Assembly: GCF_009914755.1 (NCBI RefSeq)
Contig: NC_060926.1
DNA length: 64,000 nucleotides
Reading direction: 5' to 3' (one strand)
From: the human T2T-CHM13v2.0 reference genome, Homo sapiens
Every line of letters starts with the position of its first letter. The stretch's first letter is position 1. Below the pieces are notes generated by a model that did not search any database, had not been told where the DNA came from, and saw only the letters and a program-made list of their open reading frames with translations. The translations under genes were made by a program, and so were the position numbers. Shown here piece by piece: positions 38,925 to 53,424 of the stretch.

Positions 38925-39303
38925 CTTGGTATTAGGTTACCATATTGGAAGTACAGCTCCATTCAGAAAAGATGCCCAATATGATGCTATTCTATGCCAT
39001 GCCCTTATGTCCAGGATTCCATGCCCTTGTATGGAACAGAATATGCCTGTAGTGTCTTTGGTGGAAGAACCTATACATTTATAGAGGAAAGAAGATGAAC
39101 TTCTCACATTTCTTAATATAATCATGTACCATTTTATATGCTCAATTCAGACTTATAATTTGTATATTTGCATATGTTTATTTAATATGTCTACATGTTT
39201 GTATATACTAATTCTCTAATTAGCCTATTATCTCTCTGAAGGTAGTAGCTGTCTCCAATTTGTATCAATTTTTGTACTTTCATCTCTGACATTAAGTGTC
39301 TCT

Positions 39304-39633
<330 letters not shown>

Positions 39634-39699
39634 TCAATACATATCAAGTAATATGTACAAAATTAATAATTCCATAATGGACCCAATAATGATCTTTCA

Positions 39700-39860
39700 A
39701 CACTCAGATTTAGGTTTAAATCCCAAGTGTGCTGCATCTCAAGTGACACCTTGGCCATGTTACTTTTAACCTTTTTGAGCCTCAATTTTCTCATCTGCAC
39801 AATGACTTTTGTGTAGATAAAGTGAGAAAGGATTGTGAATTTAGTTTTTTTATGCATAAT
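39700..39860 (+). mobile_element. MIR
   Basis: accttggccatgttacttttaacctttttgagcctcaattttctcatctgcacaatg. Confidence 0.8.
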
Positions 39861-41557
39861 TAACCACCTATACATGGTGTCAAGAGTTAATACACCTCAT
39901 AGAAAATCAGTGCTATTTCTGTACATTGCAAGTTCTCCCGTAAGTATAGTGAACGATTCAAATTTATCAAATACAAATTTATTTAAATAACTTTTCAGAA
40001 TTACAACTTTTAGGAAAACTAAATTAACCTCTGTACTGAACTCTGCCCCCTAGGTGCTTAATTTGCATGGTTATTCTACTAAAATAATATCAAAAGGAAT
40101 TAGCATGATCTTGGATTATTTCAAAATACAAACAAGGTATAAGAAAGCTGTGTTCTCAGTTAAGTTTCTATAATATCAACATACATCTTTATAAATGCTT
40201 GCTTATCTTGATAGTCTTTGTAGACTTGGGTTAACCTGAGTGAAGAGTTCACAGTGATTTTCCCAAGGTCTGTTCTTGTGACTGTTACGAATCAGGAGGC
40301 AAAGCTTTTCCTTGGCTTACCTATCCCCATATCTTATCTTCTCAAGGCTGTGCCTCTCTGCCTTCCAAGGCTACAACTGGCTGATTGGAATATGTTATCC
40401 ATGATGATACGTTAAAGGATAAGATTGAAGGCAGTTCCCAAGGTCTTTGTTGACTTACAGGGTAACATACAGTTTAGCAATGACCTCCAGAAGATGAGGA
40501 CCTTGCTTTTGTTTTCTAACCAAAATATCCTAGGTAGCGAGAATTTTCACTCACGTAAGAGAAAACCTTTGGGGAATGTATTTGGGGTGTGTGACTACTT
40601 TTGTTAGCCCTGAATCATAGCAGAGGCAGCTACCTCTACTAGTCAGAACAGAGTGAGCCTGTAGTTTCTACCCTGATGATATCAAAGCATTTAATATTGC
40701 TAGGAAACATATCCAAACTCCTACAGAAACTGGGGCTTTTGATAACTGGATCAAAAGGTATGTGTGATTTCTGCCAAATATCCAGTCCTCTATTCTGCAA
40801 TAGTGGAAATATGTTCTTCCTAAGTATCTATCATCTTTAACTTCTTCTGGTATATAAGCCTGAATTATCAAAGAATTAATTAAGATGTCCATGAGTGATA
40901 AGCCATAGCAAGGAAGATTCTGATTTAGGGGGTATTAAACCCACCATGTAAACATTTTGACAGCTGAGAAAAACACCAAACCAAGAGAAGTTGTTCCTGT
41001 ATGTTCCCTGCATGGACACAGGATGAACCTTTAAACTACAGCAAACACAAATGATGACCTTCTCTGTTAACACATAGTTTTTAACAGCAACTATTAACAA
41101 AGTTCTTTCTGTTAGCTAACCTAACTACTTTATGGTACAGTTCAAGACCATTTTTCCTGTTTCAATACATTTTAAAGTACTTTTGATTTACAGCAGAAAG
41201 TATTTCATGATCTTTTACCAGCTGCTTTTAATTTGCTACTAGAATCTCTCTGCCTTCCGCTGATCGAATTCCACTCTCACAGAGCTGCTTTCCTCTGCCT
41301 CACCTCACAACCCTAGATTAACTTGTAGCTTTGCTTTCTGATACAGAAATGTTCATATGCATATGCTTGATAACTCTAACCATTCTGTCCAAACAACCAT
41401 CAAACATTGATGATATAAACTCCTAGGTATTTTAAAATTCTGTCTGTATTTCTCCATCAGCAAAATCATTGCCCTAGAACATAGTTTTGTCACTCTTACC
41501 CAGAACAGTGGGATTTTTTTAGATTTTGTCAGTATCTGCATTGATAAACATTTATAA

Positions 41558-41891
<334 letters not shown>

Positions 41892-42134
41892 TGCTGTGTT
41901 AATTGATTATGTATATTATAAAAGGTATGGCAAAAGTTGAGAATTTTTGAAAGATGATATTAAACTAACTAGAAAGAGAATTTCAATTCCTTTTCTCTCC
42001 AAGTGAATTCCTTCTATTCTCCTTGGGAGAAATATATCCTATGCACCCTCTGAGGCAATAAAATATAATACTATTGCCACAGATACGGCAATAATATTTT
42101 AACTCATTTCCTTTCCTTTTAATTTGTTTCCTTA

Positions 42135-42510
42135 AATTCATCTGCACTTAGCTGCCAAGGTGATTTATATAAAATGTGTACTTGATTCTGCTACTCCCAT
42201 GAATAAAATGATGCAAGAGTGGCCCCTCCCAGGATTAAGTTGCAGCCTTCCCATACAAAGCTTTTCACATCCTTTCCTCTAGCTGCCTTTTCTTCTTCAT
42301 TTCTCTCTATTTTTTGCCTCATACATTCCATTTTTGTAACACAAAATAGCTTGTAGTATAGCTGTGGACATCTTGCTTTTGCATCACTTTATGCCTTTGC
42401 TCATTCTGTTCCTTTTGCATGGAATAACTCTTGCTCTTCTTGACTTGCTGTGTAGTGGCTAATCTTTCAAAAGCCATGCAAAACAGGTTCTCTAAAAATC
42501 CTTCCCTAAA
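42135..42510 (+). mobile_element. L2 fragment
   Basis: gctgccaaggtgattt...tgcctttgctcattctgttccttttgcatggaata. Confidence 0.6.
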
Positions 42511-42699
42511 TATGTGTCACATATTTATTACATGCTTTACATCATGAGATCCCTATCCAAATATGTATTACATATTTTATTTAAAAAATAAACCTCAACA
42601 AAAAAATGTATGTAATACATTTCAACTACATTTATAAACATATTATAAAGCATTAAGTAGAACTTATTCATAAAACCTCAAGCATTATATACATCCTTA

Positions 42700-43430
42700 C
42701 TCCAGTATAGCAGACTAGATTGATATAACAAAGTATTATTTTAAAATAACAAAATATACAAATAAAGAAAATTTAATGACACTATGAATAGTTATATGAT
42801 CTTTTAAAAATAATCACTCTTACAGGATAAGATGTGTCATTCCTTGAGTTGCAAGTGTGTTTTTGTAAAAATTTTTTCAGTGGCTGAAAAAATTTTTCTG
42901 AATCTATACCAGTTGGAAAAATATGGAAGAAGTTGAAATAAACTAAAACCAATAATCCTCTGATTATTTCATTTCCAAATAATATCATTTCTTGTTTGAT
43001 AAATTTAAGAGAACACTATGAACATTTTTTTTCCTGGAACTTCATCCAATTCTTTCATTGTTGGCTATGTGTATTTTTGTTTCAAAGAAAGCATTTATAG
43101 TTCATCTTTATTTTCAGTGTTTTCATCACATACAAATGGAGAATTCAATGTAGGGTTTCTGTATCAATGTCTATACTGGCATGCCCAAGTTTCATTCATT
43201 AAAGAAATTTTTTGTGTTAGAATAAGAATTATTTTGCATTAGCAGCTTTGCTTTGCCAACTCTCGTTTTCTGCCTCCTATGGAGTTTATGAGAGTTTAGA
43301 AGAATAGGTTTAAGTGAGAGCACCTTTATATGATTTGTAAAATTATATGCTGTATATAACCTCTGGGTAGTGATGATATTCATTCAGCAAGTGGTTTCAT
43401 TGCACACTTGCAAGTTGTTATTGATCTTTA
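42700..43430 (-). mobile_element. Possible hAT transposase C-terminal fossil
   Basis: ORF 42782-42988(-) ...FFHIFPTGIDSEKFFQPLKKFLQKHTCNS... resembles the hAT dimerisation motif P-x-T-S-x-x-x-E-R-x-F-S...R-N-S; resemblance by eye only. Confidence 0.35.
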
Positions 43431-43439
43431 TCTCAAGAG

Positions 43440-45200
43440 AGTTTTTTTATTTGTACACTTAACTACTAGAGAACTTTATATTTTTGTATGGCTTTGAATT
43501 ACTGTCTAGCATCCTTTCATTTCAACTTGAAGGACTCCCTTTAGTGTTTATTGTAGGATTGGTCTAGTGATAATGAACTCTCTCAACTTTTGTGCATCTG
43601 GAAATATCTTAATTTCTCCCTCACTTTTGAAAGACAGTTTTGCCAGATATAGAATTCTTGGTTCACATTTTTTTTTCCAACACTTTAAATATGTCATCTC
43701 ATTGTCTTCTGGCATGTGAGGTTTCTGCTGAGAAATCTGCTAACAGTTTTATTGAGGATCACTTTTATGCGATGAGTTGTTTTTATCTTGCTGCTTTCAA
43801 GGTTCTCTCTTTGTCATTGTCTTTTGAAATAGAATACATTTTTGTGTAGTCTCCTTAAATTTTCCTACTTGGAGTCCATTGAAGTTCTTGTATTTGTATA
43901 TCAATATTTTTCCACCAATTTGGGAAGTTTTTGTCCATTATTTCGTTAAACAAATTTCTTTCCCTTTCTTCTCCTTCTAGAATTCCACAACTTCTATATT
44001 GGTTAGCTTGAGGATGTCCCATAAGTCCTTTGTCTCTGTTTACTTTTCTTCATCTTTTTTTTTTTTCTTTTCACTCTCAGGCTTATCTCAAATGGCATGT
44101 CTTTGCATGCAGTGATTCTTTCTTCTGCCTATTTGAGTCTGCTGTTGAACCCCTATCATGAATTTTTCAATTAAGTTATTCTATTTTTCAGATCCAGAAT
44201 TTCTGTTTGGTGTTTCTAAAAAAGATGTAATTTCTGTCTCATTATTTTTATTCTCATTTTGTTCAAATATCATTTCCCTGATTCCCTTTAGTTTTTTCTG
44301 GTGTTTTCCTTTACATGTTTCAACATATTTAAGAAATTTTTAAAAGGTATTTGTCTAGTAGGTCTGAAGCCTGTGTTTCTTCAGGGGCAGTTTCTGAAGG
44401 TTTAGTTTGATCCTTCAAGTGGACAATATTTACTGTTTCTTTGTATGGCTTGTGGTCTTTTGTAGAAATTTGAGCATTTGAAAAAACATCCACTTCTCCC
44501 ATTGTTTGCAGACTGGCTCCATGTTGAAGGAAAGACCTCACTAATAAGCTCAGAGTGAAGACTGAAAACCTTCTTAGGCATTTTCTTGATATGCATTTTC
44601 TTTGGGCTTGTCCTAGTGCTTTCTTCCCAATTTCCCAGTATACATGGATGCTTTCAAATGCCTTAATTTCACAAGGAGTCTCATCTCTGCTGCTTCTTAG
44701 AGCTTTAACTGTTCTATTGTATTCTCTTGTGCTTAATCTCTTGCACCCAGGCATCTTTGGGTCTGTAGTGCCCTTGTAGTTTTCACAGGCCATGCCCACT
44801 ACTTTCCACAGTTTTTTCTAGTTTGAGGTCTGAGCCACTTTTGTCTATCTGAGCTCTGGGTTGTGTGATACATAGACTAGACCCTCGAGTAGTCCACAGA
44901 CAGATAAGCAAATGGAAAATTTGACCCGCCCTGTTCTCCTTAGTTCATGAAAGGGACCTGGAGACTGACCAGGCTCCTGCTTCCCCTAAACTGAGTGAGG
45001 CAAGGGTAACTAAAAATGCATGAAATTTCCCACCATTTCAGATGTGGTTTTGTCTTGGTTGTTTGCTTGATTGTTATAGATCTTTCATTGATTTTCAGAG
45101 CTCCTATAGAATTATTTCAGTCAGGTTCTAGTTATTTATTTAGTGTTTCCATAGGAGAATGAGGGCCCAGAGCTTCCTAGTCTGCCATCCTGCTGATGTT
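43440..45200 (-). mobile_element. Old L1 (L1M4/L1MC-like) 5' UTR plus ORF1 region
   Basis: cttgaaggactccctttag, ttgaaagacagttttgccagatatagaattcttgg and gtttctgctgagaaatctgct; L1M 5' end agcttcctagtctgccatcctgctgatgt. Confidence 0.9.
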
Positions 45201-46509
45201 TCTGCTTTCAGAATTAAATAAAATAACTTAATAGAGACTTCCTTGGCATACCACTGGTCTGGTTTCTCTGGCCTCTACTGGTATAGCTGCTTCCTTGATC
45301 TTGAATATCTTTTAGACCACTGCATGGCTGACTTCTTTGCTGTGGATTTTGATCCTGACTGAGTGAGGATTCAATAACTTCCTTCCATGCTTGACTCCTC
45401 TGACAGAAAATTTCAGGACAATTAAATTTTGGAACCTCCTCTCCTCTGACCAGAGTCTGTCTTGAGGCATTTTTATTTATCTTTTTGCAAAATGGAGAAT
45501 GATGAACCTGTTCAAGCAGAAATCCACCTGCTTCAGATAATTCTTCCCTCCTGTTTGCCTCTTTTCTTTTGGAGTGGGGGTCAAGTGGGAGGAGTTGGGT
45601 GGGTGACAAAGTGAGGGGAGGAATTGCAGGAACAGAATAGGAAAAGTGTCCAAGTGGTCTTTAGTTGAAAGTTTTAGGGGTGGGGAATTGGGAAGAGTAG
45701 GGAAAAAGAAAAGATGAGCAAAGTCATTGATTTATGTTCAAAGTAATGTTATTTCCCCTATTCTCATCTCATATTAATATATAAAATAATCTGTTCTACC
45801 AAAATTACTGGACATTACTATGACATTTCTATGACTAGTACTGAACATGACTATACATATTAGTATGACTGCACATTTCCGATACTAGATGGCTGGTATC
45901 TAATTTATATTTGTAGTCCAAGCATCCACCAGTGTAATCAAGGACATAATTGGTGCTGAATACATTTTGTACTGATGCAACAATTACCTGGTCTTAAAAG
46001 AATGCTTCTGAATGTAGATCTTATAAAAAACTAGAGTTTTTAATTCCCAAATAGTGTCACATGAGGTGTCCTTACAAAAAATGACAACTATTTAAAGTTG
46101 AAGCATATAAAAATATTTAATCATATATGCTACTTTTAGCTCTGTGAAGTCTTGAAGGAGTTTATGCAGATAATGAATAAAATTTTTTCCTTGATATAAA
46201 ATTTTCTAATTCTTCTCCTATTTTCTTTCTCTTTTTCTGAACCAATCAACTGGTTGTATTCATGATGTGTTGTTTGCTGAGGACTTTGCAAGGTGCTTTA
46301 AGACATATTTTAAGATGTCATAGTTTCTGGTTTTAGAAGAGCAATACAATACACCTGCTCTCCTCTTTCCACTCTCATTTGGCATTGAGTTCACTTCTTC
46401 TGTGCAGGGCTTTCTATTTTCTTCTATCTTCTGCCCGATTTTATTTCAGCTCTTTCTGAGTGAGCTGTGGAAGGAGATGGAACAATAACTTAATTTAATT
46501 TTCTTTTGA

Positions 46510-46750
46510 GAAATAGTGTTGTATATGGGAATACACCTTGGACTTGGCAGCAGATGTGAGTTCTAGGCTTCACTCTTTCACCTTTTACTAATGAGCCATT
46601 CATTGTTTAAAGAAATTTAACCTTTATTTCCTTCTCTATAAAATGAGGATACCATAGTGGCCTTACATAACCAACAGGATTTCCTTGGTGGGGGTGGGGA
46701 GGTCCATATGGGGCATGTGAGAAGCTGCTAGAAAATGTGAACTGTATTAG
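46510..46750 (+). mobile_element. MIR
   Basis: ggacttggcagcagatgtgagttctaggc...tttccttctctataaaatgaggata. Confidence 0.6.
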
Positions 46751-46923
46751 TGTTCTTTCCTTTGACCCTCTCTATTGTAGCACTGTCTTTGTTGGAGGAA
46801 ATGGGACTTCAAGGACTGGAGGGTAGAAATTGGCAGTAACAAATGCTCAAGGAGAGAATGGGCTGCCAAACATCTTTGTGTTTTGGAAACAGGAACACAG
46901 GCATGTTTGGGGAGCATATGTGC

Positions 46924-46926
<3 letters not shown>

Positions 46927-46984
<58 letters not shown>
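46927..46984. repeat. (TG)21(AG)8 microsatellite
   Basis: Read directly. Confidence 0.98.
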
Positions 46985-46985
<1 letters not shown>

Positions 46986-47552
46986 TTAGATCATGTCCTT
47001 TCCCTGCTCACAATCCCCCAGGGGCTTAACATAAAATTTAGCATAACATCTGATGTTCTTCCTATGGCTTTCAAGACCCTTTTCCTTGCTTCAAACTTAT
47101 TTCCTTTCACACCTTTCTATTCCTACATCTTTGCTTTCTTACAAACACTCCAAGCCCATATCCTGCTCAGGAACTATGTATTTCTGTTTCTTTTCCTATA
47201 AGGCTCTCAATCCTGATAATTGCATGACTCCTACTCGCTCTTTATCCGGGTTTCTACTAAAAGGCCACTTCTTCTCAGAGGTCTTCCTTGATCATCTATT
47301 TAAAATAGTATTCTCTGTATCTCCTAGTCCCACAACTCCACTTTATTTTTTTCACCATACTTAATGCTACCTATCTTTGTTTTTTATATGCAATTTTAAT
47401 TATGTGTACCCATCATGCCCCACTAGAATATAAACTCCAGGAAGGCAGGGGCTTTGCCTATTATATTTCCAGCTATCTGTTTAGTGACTAGCACATTATA
47501 GATTCTCAATAAATACTTATCGAAATAATAAATGACTGAGTAAATGAATAAA
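46986..47552 (+). mobile_element. L2a 3' region
   Basis: agatcatgtcctttccctgctca...cccactagaatataaactccaggaaggcagggg...ctcaataaatact...aatgaataaa. Confidence 0.85.
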
Positions 47553-49260
47553 CACAAGTATACATTCCATGAATTCTAAATAAAAATTGTAGCCAAGTCT
47601 ATATCTGGGAATGTGTTATCTGTTGTAGATTAAACACCTGATCACAGTTAATAGCACTTAGCTTTTCTCACTTTTTATAGTAGCCCACTCTTTTGCTCTT
47701 ACTTCAAAAGCTTGAATGGATCCTTTTAAGCCATTGCTTTGAAGGCATTTGTGTATTTTTCTAAAGATGTTTAATGAGTTGGAAATAACCATGCATGAAG
47801 CACTCTTAGTGTAACCTTTACAAAGTTAGCTTTTGCAATTTAGAATTCTTGTGAGATAACTTGCTGGAGGAAAGTGTATTCATTTCTATTAGATTGTTTC
47901 TGTCTCAGATGATTTCGAAGCTACTTTACAAGTAATTTAAAATATGAGGTTGTAGCAAAGTGAAGAGACACAGACCCTGGAAGACAGAAATCCAAACCGG
48001 GCTCATATGGAACTCTATGGACAGTTTTGCTGGCAACATCAGCAGGAGGCAGTTCAAGGCAGCTCTGGCTAAATGTGCAAACCAGTGGCTTGGCTGCTGG
48101 CACAGCTGCTTAGGTTGAGGAAAGCAAAACTAATTATAATTAGTGAGATTTCAAATTTTAATGTCCTAAACACTTATGAGGGTAGCTGCCCTATAAGCAG
48201 AGAAAAAAATAGAGAAAATAGGGAATTACAGAGACCTTAGCACAGTGTGTTAACTCTGACTTTGCTACCACAGCGGTGCTGAGTTTTGTATTACTGCAGT
48301 AATTTTTAGCTATAGGATGTGGCAAAGTGCTGAGATGCAAGGGTGAGGAACAAAGGAGATAAGTTTGTAATTCTTTAGTAGGTAGAGACTGAGTGTTCAT
48401 AAAAATGCAGTTAAACAGATGCAACTGTGTTTGTTCCTTAGTTAAAAGTAAAACTATAGCACTGGCATCTGGAGCTTTTATAAAGGGTGAAATCACCTTC
48501 AAAATTATATTAAAATAGTGTGCAGAGTAAAAGCAGATGTATCATGCAAATAAATTTCTTTGTAATCTCTTTTACCATCTTCTTATAATTGACAAGTACA
48601 GTTTTCTCTCAGGTTTGGCTAGGAAAACATTTTACCCTAATTTTCTTTATTTCCTTATTTTAAAAAGGACAAAAAACTTGAAAAGGAACATTGGCCTGAT
48701 ACGCTAGGAAGTTACTTGCTGAGCACTGGTATGACAATGGAGAGCTTTGCTGTGAGCCAGTCAGGTGCTGCCTGTGGAGATGTTTTTGTTTGCAGCATTT
48801 TCACACATATTTATTCAATAAAGCTTTTGTTTTACTGACATTGGAAAACAGCATACTGCATTATGCTGTGATTTTGAAGTGACAGTGCCAGTGGGACTAG
48901 GCTAAAAGATTTGAAGTGAATTGAGGCTGAAAACTAAAGCTTTGTTTTTGTTTAGTTAAGAAGGAAAGTTAAATTTAAGACTTTTTTTTCAACTCCTGCT
49001 CCCATCACTGGAAAAACAATAACAGCAAAAACAGCAAGAACGATAATAAGAACAACAACCAAACCAAACCTGTGACATCCTTGCACTATTATTAGTGCGA
49101 GAATGTCATTCCAAATATATTTCTCTATATTTCTGGGGGGAAATACAATTGTTACAATTTCTTCTTATGATAGGCAATACATATTTAATACTCATTAAGT
49201 AATACAACTTTAGTTATAACTTGGCCTTCTGAAAAGTGTCTGTTTAGGATAAAATGATAC

Positions 49261-49617
49261 TGTATTCGTCTGTTTTCACACTGCTATAAAGAAATACCCA
49301 AGACTGGGTAATTTATAAAGGAAAGAGGTTTAATTGACTCACAGATCTGCATGGCTGAGGAGGTCTCAGGAAACTTACAGTCATGGTGGAAGGGGAAGCA
49401 GGCATGTCTTACAGGGTGGCAGGTGAGAAAGAGCCCGGGAAGGAGGAAACCATCAGATCTTGTGAGAACTCACTATCGTGAGAACAGCATGAGGGAACAC
49501 CCCCTTCCAACCATGATCCAATGACCTCCCACTAGGTTCCTCCCTCAGCATGTGGGGATTATGGAGATTACAATTAGAGCTGAGATTTGGGTGGGGACAC
49601 AGAGGTAAACCGTATCA
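49261..49617 (-). mobile_element. THE1D/MSTA-like solo LTR
   Basis: TGTATT...CCGTATCA termini; perfect 5-bp TSD GATAC at 49256-49260 and 49618-49622. Confidence 0.95.
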
Positions 49618-50199
49618 GATACATATTAGTGAAAACTGTGTCTGTTATCAGGGTTCCTGCAAAAAATGCAAATCATAATAGATTTCTTTCTCACAGATGA
49701 ATTTGATACTTAAAACTTAGATGTTGAAAGAGTATGATGACAAACCAATTGTCGTGCAAATGTGCTCTATCTCTGCCCCCAGTGTTCTGATTGACTTTGG
49801 TATTCCAGGGAACCTCTTCAGGCCTTTAATTTCTTCATCTAATAGAATGATGTCAATTGCAATATTTCTTGTGTGTTCTAACACCTCCATAATCACTTTG
49901 TTTCAGATAATATGTAATGAAATTTTGTTTCTCATGTTTTATTTTTGTGCAAATAGACTATAACCTGAAAGTTATTATTCAGTAAATTTGAGTGAAAACA
50001 TTACTGACTTTTGTATTCATGGAAGGATGAATGAAAGTAGTTTTAACAATGCTTCCATAGTTCTGTGTTTTTCTATCATAACACTCATGTTATCTGCTGA
50101 TCATTTTATATGCCGTTGTCCTTCTCTAAATTCTACTGATTGCTTCTATTAACAATATGTTAAAGTTTCTTCAATCTTTATAAATAATTGACACACAAT

Positions 50200-51425
50200 A
50201 ATCATCATCTTCTTTCACTATTTCCTTTCAAATCCAAGAGTAATATTTCATAGTGCTGCTTCACTTACCTTTCATATTTTTCTAATTATTAATCAATAGT
50301 CACTATTCATTTTCCAAAAATACTTCTTAATGGCATTTGACCTTGTTAACTATAACCTCCTACCTTCTTGAAATTTGTTCTCCATCATTTCATTCTCAGT
50401 ATTCTTTGTTGGCTCCTCATCTTCCACTAAACATAAGACTTCAGTGTTTTAAGGAGTTGAGGCTGGTCCTATATGCTTTCTCCCAGGCTTCTCATTCATA
50501 CACTTGAGTTCCGTAACTATCAGGTAACTTATATGGCCCAAATCATTACCTGTAATCAAATCATTGCTCCTAAGTCGTATCTGTCTTCTAGTCAACTCTA
50601 CTCAGACCCCACACTGGCACTTCAGTCTTAACGTGTTTAAAACAGAACCCATAGTATCTCTTCCCCAACTTTGCAAGTTAGATATCTATAAGCTTCTCAA
50701 ACTTTTATCTCCATATTACATGCCTAACCAAGTCACTAGCTGCTACTCTATTTCAACTCTTAGAATTTACCCTTTTCCCTCTCTTAACTTATTGATATTG
50801 CTTTAGTGTAGACTGATCACTCCTCACTGGAACTATTATATGGGCGTTTAATCAGGTTTCTGTATACAGTATTTCTCCTTTTATCTATTTATCACAATGC
50901 AGTGGGAGAAATTATTAAAAACTACAGATCTGATCATGTATTTTCTCTACTTAACTAAAACCTTTTAATGTTTCCTGTTACCTTCCAGGTAAGTCCAAAA
51001 AACAGGTCATGAAAGATCTTTTTCTCTCCCTACCTACTTTTCTAAATTTATCTATTGAACTTCCCCCACCTGCCCACAGAAGCATCACTGCAAGCCTACA
51101 CAATATTTATAATTCTCTAGTCAGTAGGCATCCTGTTTTAGATCTCTATCCCTACACTGTTTCCTTTACCTTTAGTATTCTTCATCCATGATCAGCCCAA
51201 TTAACTCCTATTCATCCTGCAAGCCCCAACTACATGAATCTTTTAATAATACTCCCATAAGCACAAATCATTGTTTTTTTCTTTGCATTTCCAGTGCGTG
51301 TTCCATGCTACCTTGTTTAGAACTTGTTTATCTTCTGTTATCAAACATCTTTTATTTCTGCCTCAATCCTTAGTGCCAAATACTGTTCCTGATAAACAGT
51401 AGCTATTCAATACATGTTGGGTAAT
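50200..51425 (+). mobile_element. Long degenerate L2
   Basis: L2 ORF2-end/3' UTR motifs (cagatctgatcatgt, ttaactcctattcatcctgcaag) and tail tcaatacatgttgggtaat. Confidence 0.7.
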
Positions 51426-51591
51426 CAACGTACCACAGAAGCATTCCAGCAAATAGTTGAGAAGTATGATTATTAATGCCACAATGTTTGCTGAGGATTT
51501 TGTGATCTTACCTTGTGGCCCTTTCTTCCTATAAAAACAATCTTTGAAGAAAATCAAATAGAAATAGATTGGTATTAAAATCCTGAGGGAT

Positions 51592-51958
<367 letters not shown>

Positions 51959-53033
51959 CTAAAGGGGAGATGGAGACCATCTGGAGAGGAGGATGCTCAG
52001 GAGTGAGTGCCAGGACAGAGATAAAAGTGAATGGAAAGGAAATGGTGGCTGAACAACATCAAAGAGGCATCCCTACTGCAAAACTGAGCAAATAACTGTG
52101 TACTTGCTCTGGCAGAGATACAAGTAGGTGGCATTGGATAATCTATTCTGATGGGTATGACAAGGACTAAACAAAGAGGTCATAATTTGATATAAGACAG
52201 CTTCCTTCAGTGTAGCAGGGCTTATGTGCTTAGGAAAAGGTAACATAAACCAACAGGTTATTTTCTGAGTTTCAGTTTTTCTTTATGTGCAAACGTATTG
52301 AAGTTTGAGTTTCCTAGCTTAAAAAACACTAACAAACTATTAATGTAAAATAGCCCTCCCTGATTAACAAGTTTCACTCTTTACTTTTTCAGAAAGATCT
52401 GTCTAACTAATACAAGGACACCAAGAGCATTATCTAGGTGATATTTCCCCCTTTCTGAAAGCAATCATTTTTGTCTTCTGCCACAGATTTTTCTTAGCAA
52501 AGCTCAGGTAGACCTGCGTGTGGACAGGAAATTCATGTGATCAAAACAAGATACTGTATCTGTTTGGCTCAGGGAAAAAAAAAACATACATACAAACATG
52601 CTCTTCAACCATTTGTTTATAATTAATTGCTAATGATAAGTTGAAAGCTTTGAGAGCAACAGGAAGTGTAAATAATATAGGAAGAAAAAAGAAAAGAATA
52701 GTGTTAATAATAACAGTTGCAGATGGTTAGAGTTTTCCTTGGAAAAGTATTGGTTTAAATTTCTGTTAAATCTTGCCAGATTTCGGGAGATTGTTTGATC
52801 TTAAGTAGAACATGTTGCCACTATTTCAATGATAGAAAATGCTGCTGAAACATTTGCAAAATAAAGATCAATACGCTGGAAATGTATGAGCTTATATGTT
52901 TAGGTGATAAATCCCTAAGTGCCATAAAGAAGTTACTTTTGTGTGGCTACATTTTCAGAAAATTAAGTTGCATCCTTCAAAGTATTCATACAACATCCAT
53001 GGTTTAAACTGTAAATCTTCTTGGATGGAATAA

Positions 53034-53424
<391 letters not shown>

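Noticed and set aside
44329-44799. 156-aa minus-strand ORF
   Set aside because: It lies within a decayed L1M 5' UTR/ORF1 region and is not a host gene.
45210-45720. GC-richer block after the L1M 5' end that might be an old LTR
   Set aside because: I could not identify termini, a TSD or a family.
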